The position numbers were made by a program, and so were the translations under genes. From the human T2T-CHM13v2.0 reference genome, Homo sapiens: a DNA stretch of 64,000 nt. Positions within the stretch are counted from its first letter, which is position 1; each line of letters begins with the position of its first letter. The stretch lies in NCBI RefSeq assembly GCF_009914755.1, contig NC_060936.1; one strand, 5' to 3'. Below, in pieces: positions 39,101-52,900 of the stretch. The notes under the pieces were generated by a model. It was given only the letters and a program-made list of their open reading frames with translations, searched no databases and was not told where the DNA came from.

Positions 39101-40199
39101 TGTTCATTTGAGTGCTTTGAGGCCTATAGTGGAGAAGGAAATATCTTCACATAAAAACTAGACAGAAGCAGTCTCAGAAATTTCTTTGTGATGTGTGCAT
39201 TCAACTTACAGAGTTGAACCTTTCTTTTGATATAGCAGTTTTGAAACACTCTTTTTGTAGAATCTGCAAGTGTTCATTTGGAGTGCTTTGAGTCTTATGG
39301 TGGAAAAGGAAATATCTTCACATAAAAACTAGACAGAAGCATTCTCAGAAACTTCTTTGTGATGTGTGCATTCAACTCAGAGAGTTGAACATTTCTTTGG
39401 ACAGAGCAGTTTTGAAACACTCTTTTGGTAGAAACTGCAAGTGTTCATTTGGAGTGCTTTGAGGCCTAAGGTGGAAAAGGAACTATCTTCACATAAAAAC
39501 CAGACAGAAGCATTCTCAGAAACTTCTTTGAGATGTGTGCATTCAACTAACTGATTGGAACATTTCTTTTGATAGAGCAGTTTTGAAACACTCCTTTTGC
39601 ACAATCTGCTAGTGGATATTTGGAGATATTTTAGGTCTTCTTTGGAAACGGGAATATCTTCACATAAAAACTAAACAGTAACATTCTCAGAAACATCTTT
39701 GTGATGTGTGCATTGAACTCATAATATTGAACCTTTGTTTTGATAGAGCTGTTTTGAATCAGTGTTTTGTAGAATCTGCAAGTGTTCATTTAGAGCTCTT
39801 TGAGGCCTATGGTGGAAAAGGAAATATCGTCACATGAAAACTATACAGAAGCATTCTCAGAAACTTCTTTGTGATGTGTGCATTCAACTCACAGAGTTGA
39901 ACCCTTCTTTTGATACAGCAGTTTTCAAACACTACTTTTGTTGACTCTGCTTGTGGATATTTGGAGCTCTTTGAGGAATTCGTTGTAAACGGTGTATCTT
40001 CAAATAAAAACTGGACAGAAGCATTCTGAGAAACTTCTTTGTGATGTGTGCATTCAACTAACAGTATTGAACCTTTCTTTTGATAGAGAAGTTTTGAAAC
40101 ACTCTTTTTGTAGAATCTGCAAGTGTTCACTTGGAGCGCTTTGAGGCCTATGGTGGAAAAGGAAATATCTTCACATAAATACTAGACAGAAGCGTTCTC

Positions 40200-40541
40200 A
40201 AAAACTTCTTTGTGATGTGCACTTTCCGCTCACAGAGTTCAACCTTTCTTTTGATAGAGCGGTTCTGAAACACACTTTTTGTAGAATCTGCAAGTGTTCA
40301 TTTTGAGCGCTTTGAGGTCTATGGTGGAAAAGAAAATAGCTTCACATAAAAACAAGACAGAAGCATTCTCAGAAACTTCTTTGTGATGTGCACCTTCCGC
40401 TCATAGAGTTCAACCTTTCTTTTGATAGAGCGGTTCTGAAACACATTTTTTGTAGAATCTGCAAGTGTTCATTTTGAGCGTTTTGAGTCCTATGTTGGAA
40501 AAGAAAATAGCTTCACATAAAAACAAGACAGAAGCATTCTC
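40200..40541 (+). repeat. Tandem single-monomer duplication (171 bp)
   Basis: Rare variants ttccgctca, gagcggttctgaaa and agaaaatagcttcacataaaaacaagac are shared by two adjacent monomers. Confidence 0.85.
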
Positions 40542-43500
40542 CGAAACTTTTTTGTAATGTGTGCATTCAACTCACAGAGTTGAAACTTCTTTTGTGAGAG
40601 CAGTGTTGTAGCAGCCTTTTTGAAGAATCTGCCAGTTGATATTTGGAGCGATTTGAGGTCTATGTTGCAAAAGGAAATATCTTCACATAAAAACTAGACA
40701 GAAGCATTCTAATGAACTTCTTTGTGATGTTTGCATTCAGCTAACAGATTTGAAATTTTTTGATAGAGCAGTTTTGAACACTCTTTTTGTAGAATCTTCA
40801 AGTGTTCATTTGTAGCGCTTTGAGGTCTATGGTGGAAGAGGAAATATATTCACATAAAAAGTAGACAGGAGAATTCTCAGAAACTTCTTTGTGATGTATG
40901 CATTCAACTCACAGAGTTGAACTTTCTTTTGATACAGCAGTTTTCAAACACCCCTTTTGTAGAATCTGCTTCTGGATATTTGGTGCTTTTGAGGAATTCG
41001 TTGTAAACAGGATATCTTCACATAAAAACTAGACAGAAGCATTCTCAGAAACTGCTTTGTGATGTGTATTTTCAGCTCACAGATTTGAACCTTTCTTTTG
41101 ATAGAGCAGTTTTGAAGCACTCTATTTGTAGAATCTGCAAGTGTTCGTTGGAGCGCTTTGAGGCCTATGATGGAAAAGGAAATATCTTCACATAAAAACA
41201 AGACAGAAGCATTATCAGAACTTCTTTGAGATGTGTGCATTCAACTCACAGAGTTGAACCTGTCTTTTGACAGAGCAGTATTGAAACACTCTTTTTGTAG
41301 AATCTGCAAGTGTTCATTTTGTGAATTTTGAGGCCTATGGTGGAGAAGGGAATATCTTCACATAGAAACTAGACAGAAACATTCTCAGAAACTTCTTTTT
41401 GATATGTGCATTCAACTCACAGTGTTGACTTTTCTTTTGATAGAACAGTTTTGAAACACTGTTTTTGTAGAATCTTCTTGTGGATATTTTTAGCTCTTTG
41501 AGGAAATCGTTGTAAAAGGGATATCTTCCCATAAAAACTAGACAGAAGCATTCTCAGAAACTGCTTTGTGTTTTGTGCATTGAACTCACAGAGTTGAATA
41601 TTTCTTTAGATAGAGCAGCATTGAAACACTTTTTTTGTAGAATCTGCAAGTGTTCATTTTGAGCGGTATGAGGCCCAAGATGGAAAAGGAAATATCTTCA
41701 CACGAAAACCAGACAGAAGCATTCTCAGAAAGTACTTTGTGATGTGTGCATTCAACTCACAGTGTTGAACCTATATTTTGATAGAGCAGTTTTGAAAAAC
41801 TCTTTTTGTAGAATCTGCAAGTATTTATTTTGAGCACTTTGAGGCTTATGATGGAAAAGGAAATATCTTCACATAAAAACCAGACAGAAGCATTATCAGG
41901 AACTTCTTTGAGATGTGTAGATTCAGCTAACAGAGGTGAACCTGTCTTTTGATAGAGCAGTATTGAAACACTCCTTTTGTAGAATCTGCTTGTGGATATT
42001 TGTAACTTTATGTGGAATTCGGTGGAAACAGCGATCTTCACATAAAAACTAGACGGAGGCATTCTCAGAAATTTCCTTGGTATGTGTGCATTCAATTCAC
42101 AGAGTTGAACCTTTCTTTGGATAGAGCAGTTTTGAAACACTTTTTTGTAGAATCTGCTTATGTTCATTTGGAGCGCTTTGAGGCCTATGGTGGAAAACGA
42201 AGTATCTTCACATAAAAACTGGACAGAAGCATTCTCAGAAACACCTTTGTGATGTGTGTGTTCAATTCGCAGAGTTGAACTTTTCTTTTGATAGTGCAGA
42301 TTTGAAACACTCCTTTTGTAGAATCTGCTTGTGGATATTTGGAACTCTTTAATTAGTTCATTGGAAATGGGCTATCTTCACAAAAAACTATACAGAAGTG
42401 TTCTCAGATAGTTCTTTGTGATGTGTGCATTCAACTCACAGAGTTGAACCTTTCTTTCGATAGAGCCATTTGAAACACTTCTTTTGTAGAATCTGCTTGT
42501 GGATATTTGGAACAATTTGAGGAATTCGTTGGAAACGGGTATCTTCACATAAAAGCTAGACAGAAGCGTTCTCAGAAAGTTCTTTGTGATGTGTGCATTC
42601 AACCTCCATAGTTGAAACTTTCTTTTGATAGAGTAGTTTTGAAACACTCTCTATGTAGAATCTGCAGGTGTTCATTTTGAGCGATTTGAGGCCTATGTAG
42701 GAAAAGGAAATATCTTCACATAAAAACTAGACAGAAGGATTCTCAGAAAGTTCTTTGTGACGTGTGCATTCAACCGACAGACTTGAAACTTTCTTTTCAT
42801 AGAGCAGTTTTGAAACACTCTCTATGTAGAATCTGCAAGTGTTCATTTTGAGCACTTTGAGGCCTATGTAGGAAAAAGAAATGTCTTCACATAAAAACTA
42901 GACAGAAGCATTCTAAGAAACTTTTTTGTGATGTGTGTATTCAACTCCCAGAGTTGAAACTTCCTTTTCTGAGAGCACTTTTGTTCCAGTATTTTTGTAG
43001 AATTTGCCAGTGGATATTTTGTGCGATTTGAGGCCTATGTTGGAAAAGGAAATACATTCACATAAAAACTAGACAGAAGCATTCTCAGGAACTTCTTTGT
43101 GATGTGTGCATTCAGCTAACAGTGTCGAACCTTTATTTTGATAGAGCAGTTTTGAAACACTCTCTTTGTAGTATCTGCCTGGGTTCATTTGGAGCACTTT
43201 GAGGCCCATGGTGGAAAAGGAAATATCTTCACATAAAAACTAGACAGAAGCATTCTCAGAAACCTCGTTGTGATGTGTTCATTCAACTCACAGTGTTGAA
43301 ACTTTCTTTTGGTAGAGCAGTTTTGAAACACTCCATTTCTAGAATCTGCAATTGGATATTCGGAGCTCTTTGAGGAATTCGTTTTATATGGGATAGCTTC
43401 CCATAAATACTAGACAGAAGCATTCTCAGAAACTGCTTTGTGATGTGTGCATTCAACTCACAGAGTTGAACATTTCTTTTGAGGGAGAAGTTTTGAATCA

Positions 43501-46500
43501 TTCTTATTGTAGGATCTGCAAGTGTTTACTTGGAGCGCTTTGAGGCCCAAGATGGAAAAGGAAATATCTTCACATAAATACTAGACAGAAGCATCCTCAG
43601 AAACATTTTGTGATGTGTGAATTCAACTCACAGAGTTGAAACTTCCTTTTGTGAGAGCAGTTTTGTAACAGCCTTTTTGTAGAATCTGCCAGTGGATATT
43701 TGGTGCCATTTGAGGCGCATGTTGGAAAAGGAAATACCTTCATATAAAAAGTAGACAGAAGCATTCTCAAGAACTTCTTTGTGATGTGTGCATTCAGCTA
43801 ACCGAGTGGAACCTTTCTTTTGATAGAGCAGTTTTGAAACACTCTTTTTGTAGAATCTGCAGGGGTTCTTTGGAGCACTTTGAGGCGTATGGTGGAAAAG
43901 GAAATATCTTCACGTAAAAACTAGACAGAGGCATTCTCAGAAACTTCTTTGTGATATGGGCATTCAGCTCCCAGATTTGAAACTTCCTTTTGTGGGAGCA
44001 GGTTTGTAATAGTCTTTTTGTAGAATCTGTCAGTGGATATTTGATGCAATTTGTTGCCTATGTTGGAAAAGGAAATACCTTCACATAAAAACTAGACAGA
44101 ACCACTCTCAGAAACTCTTTGTGATGTGTGCATTCAGCTAACAGAGTCGAAAATTTATTTTGATCCAGCAGTTTTGAAGCACTCTTTTTGTAGAATCTGC
44201 AAGGTTCCTTTTGCACACTTTGAGGCCTATGGTGGGAAAGGAAATATCTTCATGTAAAAACTAGACAGAAGCATTCTCAGAAACTTCTTCGTGATATGTT
44301 CATTCAACTCACAGAGTTGAACCTTTCTTTTGGTAGGGCAGTTGGGAAACACAACATTTCTAGAATCTGCTTGTGGATATTTGGAGCTCTATGAGGAATT
44401 CGTTGTAAACGGGATATATTCCCATAAATACTAGACAGAAGCATTCTCAAAAACTACTTTGTGATGTGTGCATTCAACTCACAGAGTTGAACCTTTCTTT
44501 CGAGAAAGCAGTTTTGAAACACTCTTTTTGTAGTAGTTGCTAGTGTTTATTTGAGCACTTTGAGGCCCAAGATGGAAAAGGAAATATCTTCAAAAAAAAA
44601 AAAACTAAACAGAAGCATTCTCAGAAACCATTTTGTGATGGGTGCATTCAACTCACAGAGATCAACATTCCTTTTGAGAGAGCAGTTTTGAAAGTCTTTT
44701 TGTATAATCTGCCAGTTGATATTTGGAGCGATTTGAGGCCTATGTTGGAAAAGGAAATATCTTCACATAAAACTAGACAGAAGCATTCTCAGGAACCTCT
44801 TTGTGATGGGTGAATTCAGCTAAGAGAGTTGAACCTTTCTTTTGATAGAGCAGTTTTGAAACACGATTTTTGTAGAATCTGCAAGTGTTCATTTGGAGCG
44901 CTTTGAGGCCTATGATGGAAAAGTAAATATCTTCACGTAAAAACTAGAAAGAAGCATTCTCAGGAACTTCTTTGAGATGTGTGCATTCAACTCACAGAGC
45001 TGAACCTGTCTATTGGTAGAGAAGTTTTAAAACACTCCTTTTGTAGCATCTGCTTGTGGATATTTGGAACCCTTTGAGGAATTCATTGGAAACGGGTATT
45101 TTCACATAAAAATTAGACAGAAGCATTCTCAGAAAGATCTTTGTGATGTTTGCATTCAACTCACAGAGTTGAACCTTTCTTTTGATAGGGCAGTTTTGAA
45201 ACACTGTTTTTGTAGAATCTGCAAGTCTTCATTTGGAGGGCTTTGAGGCCTAAGGTGGAAAAGAAAATATCTTCACATAAAAAGTAGACAGGAGCATTCT
45301 CAGAAAGACCTTTGTGATGTGTGCATTCAACTCACAGAGTTGAACCTTTTTTTTGAGAGAGCAGTTTTGAAACAGTCTTTTTGCAGAATCTGAAAGTGGA
45401 TATTTGGAGCAATTTGAGGCCTATGTTGCAAAAGAAATATTTTCACATAAGAACTAGACTGAAGCATTCTCAGGAACGTCTTTGTAATGTGTGCATTCAG
45501 CTAAAAGAGTCGAAACTTTCTCTTGATAGAGCAGTTTTGAAACACTCTTTTTGTAGAAACTGCAAGTGTTCTTTTGGAGCGCTTTGAGGCCTATGGTGGA
45601 AAAGGAAATATCTTCACATAAAAACCAGACAGAAGAATTACCAGAAACTCCTTTGTGATGTGTGTGTTCAATTCACAGAGTTAGACCTTTCTTTTCATAG
45701 AGCAGTTTTTAAACACTCTTTTTGTAGAATCTGAAAGTGTTCATTTGGATCTCTTTGAGGCCCAAGATGGAAAAGGAAATATCTTCACATAAAAACTAGA
45801 CAGAAGCGTTATTTGTAACTCCTTTGTGATGTGTGCATTCAACTCACAGAGTTCAACCTTCCTTTTGAGAGAGCAGTTTTGAAAAAGTATTTTTGTTGTA
45901 TCTTGAAGTGGATATTTGGAGCGATTTGAGGCCTATGGTGGAAAAGGAAATATCTTCACATAAAAACTAGACAGAAGCATTATCAGGAACTTCTTTCAGA
46001 TGTGTGCATTCAACTAACAGAGTTGAATCTCTTTTTTGATAGAGCAGTTTTGAAACACTCCTTTTGTAGAATCTGCTTGTAGATATTTGGAACTCTTGAA
46101 GAATTCTCTGGGAACGGGATCTCAGCACTTAAAAACCGGACAGAAGCATTCTCAGAAAGTTCTTTTTGATGTGTGCTTTCAACTCACAGTGTTGAACCTT
46201 TCTTTTGATAGAGCAGTTTTGATACACTCTTTTTATAGAATCTGCAAATGTTCATTTGGAGCGCTATGAGGCCTAAGGAGGAAAAGGAAATATCTTCACG
46301 TAAAAACTACGCAGAAGCATTCTCGGAAACATCTTTGAGACATCTGCATTCAAATAAAAGAGTTGAATATTTCTTTTCATAGAGCAGGTTTGAAATACTC
46401 CTTTTGTAGAATCTGCTATTGGATATTTGCATACATTATAGGCCTTCTTTTGAAACGGGAATATCTTCACATAAAAACTAGACAGAAGCATACTCAGAAA

Positions 46501-46953
46501 GTTATTTGTGATGGGTGCATTCAACTCACAGAGTTGAAACTTCTTTTGATAGAGCAGTTTCAAACACTCCTTTTGTAGAATCTGCTTGTGGATACTTGGA
46601 GCTTTTTGAGGAATGCATTGTAAACGGGGTATCTTCACATACAAAGTAGACAGAAGTATTCTCAGAAACTGCTTTGTGATGTGTGCATTTAACTCACAGA
46701 GTTGAACCTTCCTTTTGAGAGAGCAGTTTTGAAATAGTCTTTTTATAGTATCTGCAAGTGGATATTTGGATCGATTTGAGGCCTATGTTGGAAAAGGAAA
46801 TATGTTCACATAAAAACTTGACGGAAGCATGCTCAGAAGCTCCTTTGGAATGTGTGCATTCAGCTAACAGAGTTGAACCTTTCTTTTGATAGAACAGTTT
46901 TGAAACACTCCATTTGCAGAATCTGCTAGTGGATATTTGGAGATATTTGAGGC

Positions 46954-46970
46954 CTTCGTTGGAAACGGGA
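46954..46970 (+). promoter_or_regulatory. Canonical CENP-B box in the SF5-like layer (also 53923-53939)
   Basis: Exact CTTCGTTGGAAACGGGA. Confidence 0.95.
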
Positions 46971-49900
46971 ATATCTTCACATAAAAACGAATCAGAAGCA
47001 TTCTCAGAAAGTACTTTGTGATGTGTGCTTTCAACTCAAAGATTTGAACCTTTCTTTTGATAGAGCAGTTTTGAAACACTCCTTTTGTAGAATCTACTTG
47101 TGGATATTTGGAGCTCTTTTAGGAATTCCTTGTAAATGGGATGTCTTCACATAAACACTAGACAGAGCCATTCTCAGGAACTGCTTTGTGATGTGTGCAT
47201 TCAACTCACAGACTTGAACAGTTCTTTTGATAGAGCAGTTTTGAAACACTCGTTTTGTGGAATCCGGAAGTGTTCATTTGGAGCGCTTTGAGGCCTATGG
47301 TTTAAAAGGTAATATCTTCACATGAAAATTAGACAGAACCATTCTCAGAAAATTCTTTGTGATGTGTGCATTCAACTCACAGAATTGAACCTTTCTTTTG
47401 ATAGAGCAGTTGTGAAACAATCTTTTGTAGCATCTGCGAGTGTTCATTTGGAGTACTTTGTGGCCTATGGTGGAAAAGGATATATCTTCACATGTAAACT
47501 AGACAGAAGCATTCTCAGAAACTTCTTTGTGATGTGTGCATTCAACTCACAGTGTCGAACCTTTCTTTTGATAGAGCAGTTTTCAAACACTACTTTTGTA
47601 GTATCTGTATGGGGACATTTGCATCTCTTTGAGGAATTCGTTGTAAACGGGATATCTTCACATAAAAACTAGACAAAAACATTCTCAGAAACTGCTTTGT
47701 GATGTGTGATTTCAACTCACAGAGTTGAACATTTCTTTTGATAAATCAGTTTTGAAACCCTCTTTTTGTAGTATTTGCAATTGCTCATTTGGAGCACTTT
47801 GAGGCCTGTGATGGAAAAGGAAATATCTTCACATAAAAATTAGAAGAAGCATTCTCAGGAACCTCTTTGAGATGTGTGCATTCAACTAACATAGATGAAC
47901 CTGTCTTTTGATAGAGCAGAATTGAAACACTATCTTTGTAGAATCTGCTTGTGGATATTTGGAATCCTTTAAGGAATTCTTTGGAAACGAGAATCTTCAC
48001 ATAAAAAAAAGACAGAAGCATTCTTAGGAAGTTCTTTGTGATGTGTGCATTCAACTCACAGAGTTGAACCTTACTTTTGATAGAGCAGTTTTGAAACACT
48101 CTTTTTGTAGAATCTGCAAGTGTTCATTTGGAGGGCTTTGAAGCCTATGGTGGAAAAGGAAATATCCTCACATAAACACTAGACAGAAGCATTCACAGAA
48201 ACTTCTGCGTGATGTGTGCATTCAGCTCACAGAGTTGAGCTTTATTTTCATAGAGCAGTTTTGAAACATTTTTTTTGTAGAATCTAAAAGTGTTCATTTT
48301 GAGCGCTTAGAGGCCTAAGGTGGAAAAGGAAATATCTTCACATAAAAACTAGACAGAAGCATTCTCAGAAACTTCTTTGTGATGTGTGCATTCAACTCAC
48401 AGAGTTGAAACTTCCTTTTGTGAGAGCAGTTTTGTAACAGTCTTTTTGTAGAATCTGCCAGTGGATATTTGGAGCGATTTGAGGCATATATTGGAAAAGG
48501 AAATATCTTCACGTTAAAACTAGACAAAAGCGTTCTCAGGAACTTCTATGTGATGTGTACATTCAGCTAACCGAGTTGAAATTTCTTTTGAAGGAGCAGT
48601 TTTGAAACACTCTTTTTCTAGAATCTGCAAGTGTTCATTTGGAGCTATTTGACGCCTATTGTGGAAAAGAAAATATCTTCACATAAAAACTAGACAGAAG
48701 CATTCTCAAAAACTCGTTTGTGATGTGTGTGTTCAATTCACAGAGTTGAACCTTTCTTTTGATAGAGCAGTTTTGAAACACTCCTTTTGTAGAATCTGCT
48801 TGTGGATATTTGGAAATCTTTGAGGAATTCGTTGGTAAGGATCTATCATCACAAAAAAACTAGACAGAAATGTTCTCAGAAAGTTCTTTGTGATGCGTGC
48901 ATTCAACTCACCGAGTTCAACCTTTCTTTTGATAGAGCTGTTTTGAAACTCACCTTTTGTAGAATCTGCTTGTGGATATTTGGAACTATTTGAGGAATTC
49001 GTTCTAAACGGGATATCTTCACATAAAAATTAGACTGAAGCATTCTCAGAAACTGCTTTGTGATGTGTGCATTCAACTCACAGTGTTGAACACTTCTTTG
49101 GATAGAGCAGTTTTGAATAGTCTTTTTGTAGAATCTGCAAGTGTTCACTTGGAGCGATTTGAAGCCTATGGTGGAGAACGAAATATCTTCACGTAAAAAC
49201 TAGGCAGAAGTATTCTCAGAAAGTACTTTGTGATGTGTGCATTCAACTCACAGACTTGAACCTTTCTTTTGATAGAGCAGTTTTGAAACTCTCCCTTTAT
49301 GGGATCTGCAAGTGTTCACTTTGAGAGCTTTGAGGCCTATGGTTTAAAAGGAAATACCTTCACATACAAACTAGACAACATCATTCTCAGAAACTTCTTT
49401 GTGATGTGTGATTTCAACTCACAGAATCGAACTTTTCTTTTGATAGAGCAGTTTTGAAACACTCCTTTTATAGGATCTGCAAGTGTTTACTTTGAGCGCT
49501 TTGAGGCCTATGGTGGAAAAGGAAATATCTTCACATAAACATTAGAGAGGAGCATCTTCAGAAACTTTCTTCTGATGTGTGCATTCAACTCACAGAGTTG
49601 AACCTTCCTTTTGAGAGAGCAGTTTTGAAACAATCTTTTTGTATTATCTGCAAGTGTATATTTTGTTCGATTTGTGGCCTATGGTGGAAAAGGAAATATA
49701 TTCACATAAAAACTAGACAGAAACATTCTCAGAAACTGCTTTGTGATGTGTGCATTCAGCTAACAGAGTTCAACCTTTCTTTTGATAGAGCAGTTTTGAA
49801 CCACTCTTCTTGTAGAATCTGCAAGTTTTCATTTGGATCGCTTTGAGGCCTATGGTGGAAAGGGAATTATCTTCACATAAAAACTAGACAAAATCTTTCT

Positions 49901-52900
49901 CAGAAACTCCTTTCTCATGTGTGTGTGTTCAATTCACATAGTTCAACCTTTCTTTTGATAGGAGAGTATTGTAACACTTATTTTGTAGAATCTGCTTATG
50001 GGTATTTGAAACTCTTTGAGCAATTCATTGGAAACATGTATCTTCACATAAAAACTAGACAGAAGCATTTTCAGACAGTTCTTTGTGGGGTGTGCATTCA
50101 ACTCACAGAGTTCTACCTTTCTTTGGATAGAGCAGTTTTGAAACACTCTTCTGTAGAATCTCCAAGGGTTCCTTTGGATCACTTTGAGGCCTATGGTGGA
50201 AAACATAAAATATCTTCACATAAATAATGGACAAAAGCATTCTCAGAAACTTCTTTGTGATGTGAGCATTCAACTCACAGAGTTGAACCTTTCCTTTGAG
50301 AGAGCAGTTTTTAAACACTCTTTTTGTAGAATCTGCAAGTGTTCATTTAGAGCGCCTTGAGGCCTATGGTGAAAAAGGAAATATCTTCACATAAAAACTA
50401 GACAGAAGCATTCTCAGAAACTTCTCTGGGATGTGTGCATTCAACTCACAGAGTTGAAACTTCCTTTTGTGAGAGCAGTTTTGAAACAGTCTTTTCGTAG
50501 AATCTGCAGGTGGATATTTGGAGCGATTTGTGGCCTATGGTGGAAAGGAAATATCTTCACATAAAAACTAAACAGAAGCATTCTCAGGAACTTCTTTGTC
50601 ATGTGTGCATTCACCTAACAGAGTGGAACCTTTCTTTTAATAGTGCAGTTTTGAAACACTCTTTTTGTAGAATCTGCAAGTGTTCATTTGGAGGGCTTTG
50701 AGGTCAATGGTGGAAAAGGTAATATCTTCACATAAAAACAAGACAGAAGCATTCTCAGAAACTCCTTTGTGATGTGTGCGTTCCATTTACAGAGTTGAAG
50801 CTTTCTTTTGGTAAGGCAGTTGTGAAACACTCCTTTTGTAAAATCTGCTTGTGGATATTTGGAACTCTTTGAGGAATTCAATGGAAACGGGTTATCTTCA
50901 CAAAAAACCTACACAGTAGTATTTTCAGAAAATTCTTTTTTATGTGTGCATTCAACTCACAGAGTTGAACCTTTCTGTTGGTAGAGCAGATGTGAAACAC
51001 TCCTTTTGTAGTATCTGCTTCTGGATGCTTGGAACTCTTGGAGGAATTCTTTGGAAACGGGCTATCTACACAAAAAAAACTAGACAAAAGTATTCTCAGA
51101 AAGTTCTTTGTGATGTGTGCATTCAACTCACGGAGTTGAACCTTTCTTTTGATACAGCAGTTTTGAAACATTCTTTCTGTATAATCTACAGGAGTTCACT
51201 TGGAGTGCTTTAAGGCCTATGGTGGAAAAGGAAATATCTTCACATAAACACTAGACAGAATCATTCTCAGAAACTTTTCTGTGATGTGTGCATTCAACTC
51301 ACAGAGTTGAACCTTTCTTTTGATAGAGCAGTTTTGAAACACTCCTTTTGAAGAATCTGCTTGTGGATATTTTGAGATCTTTGAGGAATTCGTTGTATAC
51401 AGGATATCGTCACATACAAACTAGACAGAAGCATTCTCAGAAACTGCTTTGTGATGTGTGCATTCAACTCAGAGAGTTGAACCTTCCTTTTGAGAGAGCA
51501 GTTTTGAAACAGTCTTTTTGTAGAATCTGCAGGTGGATATTTGGAGCGATTTGAGTCCTGTGGTGGAAAAGGAAATATCTTCACATAAAAACTAGCCAGA
51601 AGCATTCTCAGGAACTACTTTGAGATGTGTGCATTCAACTAACAGAGTTGAACCTGTCTTTTGATAGAGCAGTATTGAATCACTCCCTTTGTAGAATCTG
51701 CTTGTGGACATTTTGAACTCTTTGAGGAATACTTTGGAAACGGGGAGCTTCAAAAAAAACTAGACAAAAGCATTCTCAGAAAGTTCTTTGTGATGTGTGC
51801 ATTCAACTCACAGAGCTTAACCTTTCTTTTGATAGAGCAGTTTTGAAACACTCATTTTATCGTATCTGCAGGTGTTCACTTTGAGCATTTTGAGGCCTAT
51901 TGTGGAAAAGGAAATATCTTCACATAAAAGCTAGACAGAAGTATTCTCAGAAACTTCTTTGTGATGTATGCACTCAACTCTCGGAGTGGAATCTTTCTTT
52001 TGATAGAGCAGTTTTGTAGCCCTCCTTTTATAGGATCTGCAAGTGTTCATTTTGCGCAACTTGGGGCCCATGGTGGAAAAGGAAATATGTTCACATAAAT
52101 ACTAGACAGAAGCATTCTCAGGAACTTCTTTGAGATGTGTGCATTCAACTAAAAGAGTTGAACCTGTCTTTTGATAGAGCAGTTTAGAAAGACTCCTTTT
52201 GTAGAATCTGCTTGTGAATATTTGGAACTTTTTGAGGAATACCTTGGAAACGGGTATTTTCACATAAAAACTAGACAGAAGCATTCTCAGAAAGTTCTTT
52301 GTGATGTGTGCATTCAACTCACAGTGTTGAACGGTTCTTTTGATAGAGCAGATTTGAAACTTTCTTTCTGTATAACCTGCGAGTGTTCATTTTGAGCGCT
52401 TTGAGGCCTATGGTGGAAAAGGAAATGTCTTCACATAAAAATTAGACAGAAACATTCTCAGAAATTTTTTTGTGATGTGTGCATTCAACTCATGATAGAG
52501 CAGTTTTGAAACACTCCTTTTGTAGAATCTGCTTGTGGTTATTTGGAGCTCTTTGAGGAATTCGTTTTAAAGGTAATATCTTCACATACAAAGTAGACAG
52601 AAGCATTATCAGATACTGCTTTGTGATGTGTGCATTCAACTCACAGAGTTGAACCTTCCTTTTGTGAGAGCAGACTTGAAACACTCTCTGTTAGGTATCT
52701 GCAAGTGGCTTTTTTGAGTGAATTGAGGCCTATGGTGGAAAAGGAAATATCTTCACATAAAAGCTAGACAGAAGCTTTCTCACAGACTGCTTTGTGATGT
52801 GAGTATTCAACACAGAGAGTTGAGCCTTCCTTTTATGAGAGCAGTTTTGAAACACTCTTTTTGTAGAATCTGAACGTGGATATTTGGGGCAATTTGAGTC

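Noticed and set aside
44592-44604. A13 run as a possible retroposon tail
   Set aside because: It is an expansion of the native cacataaaaact A-tract, with no TSD or foreign sequence.
52485-52500. ~20-bp deletion within a monomer (caactca|tgatagagc); similar small indels at ~1230, ~22008 and ~50205
   Set aside because: Single-copy small indels that are normal for diverged alpha satellite and were not amplified.
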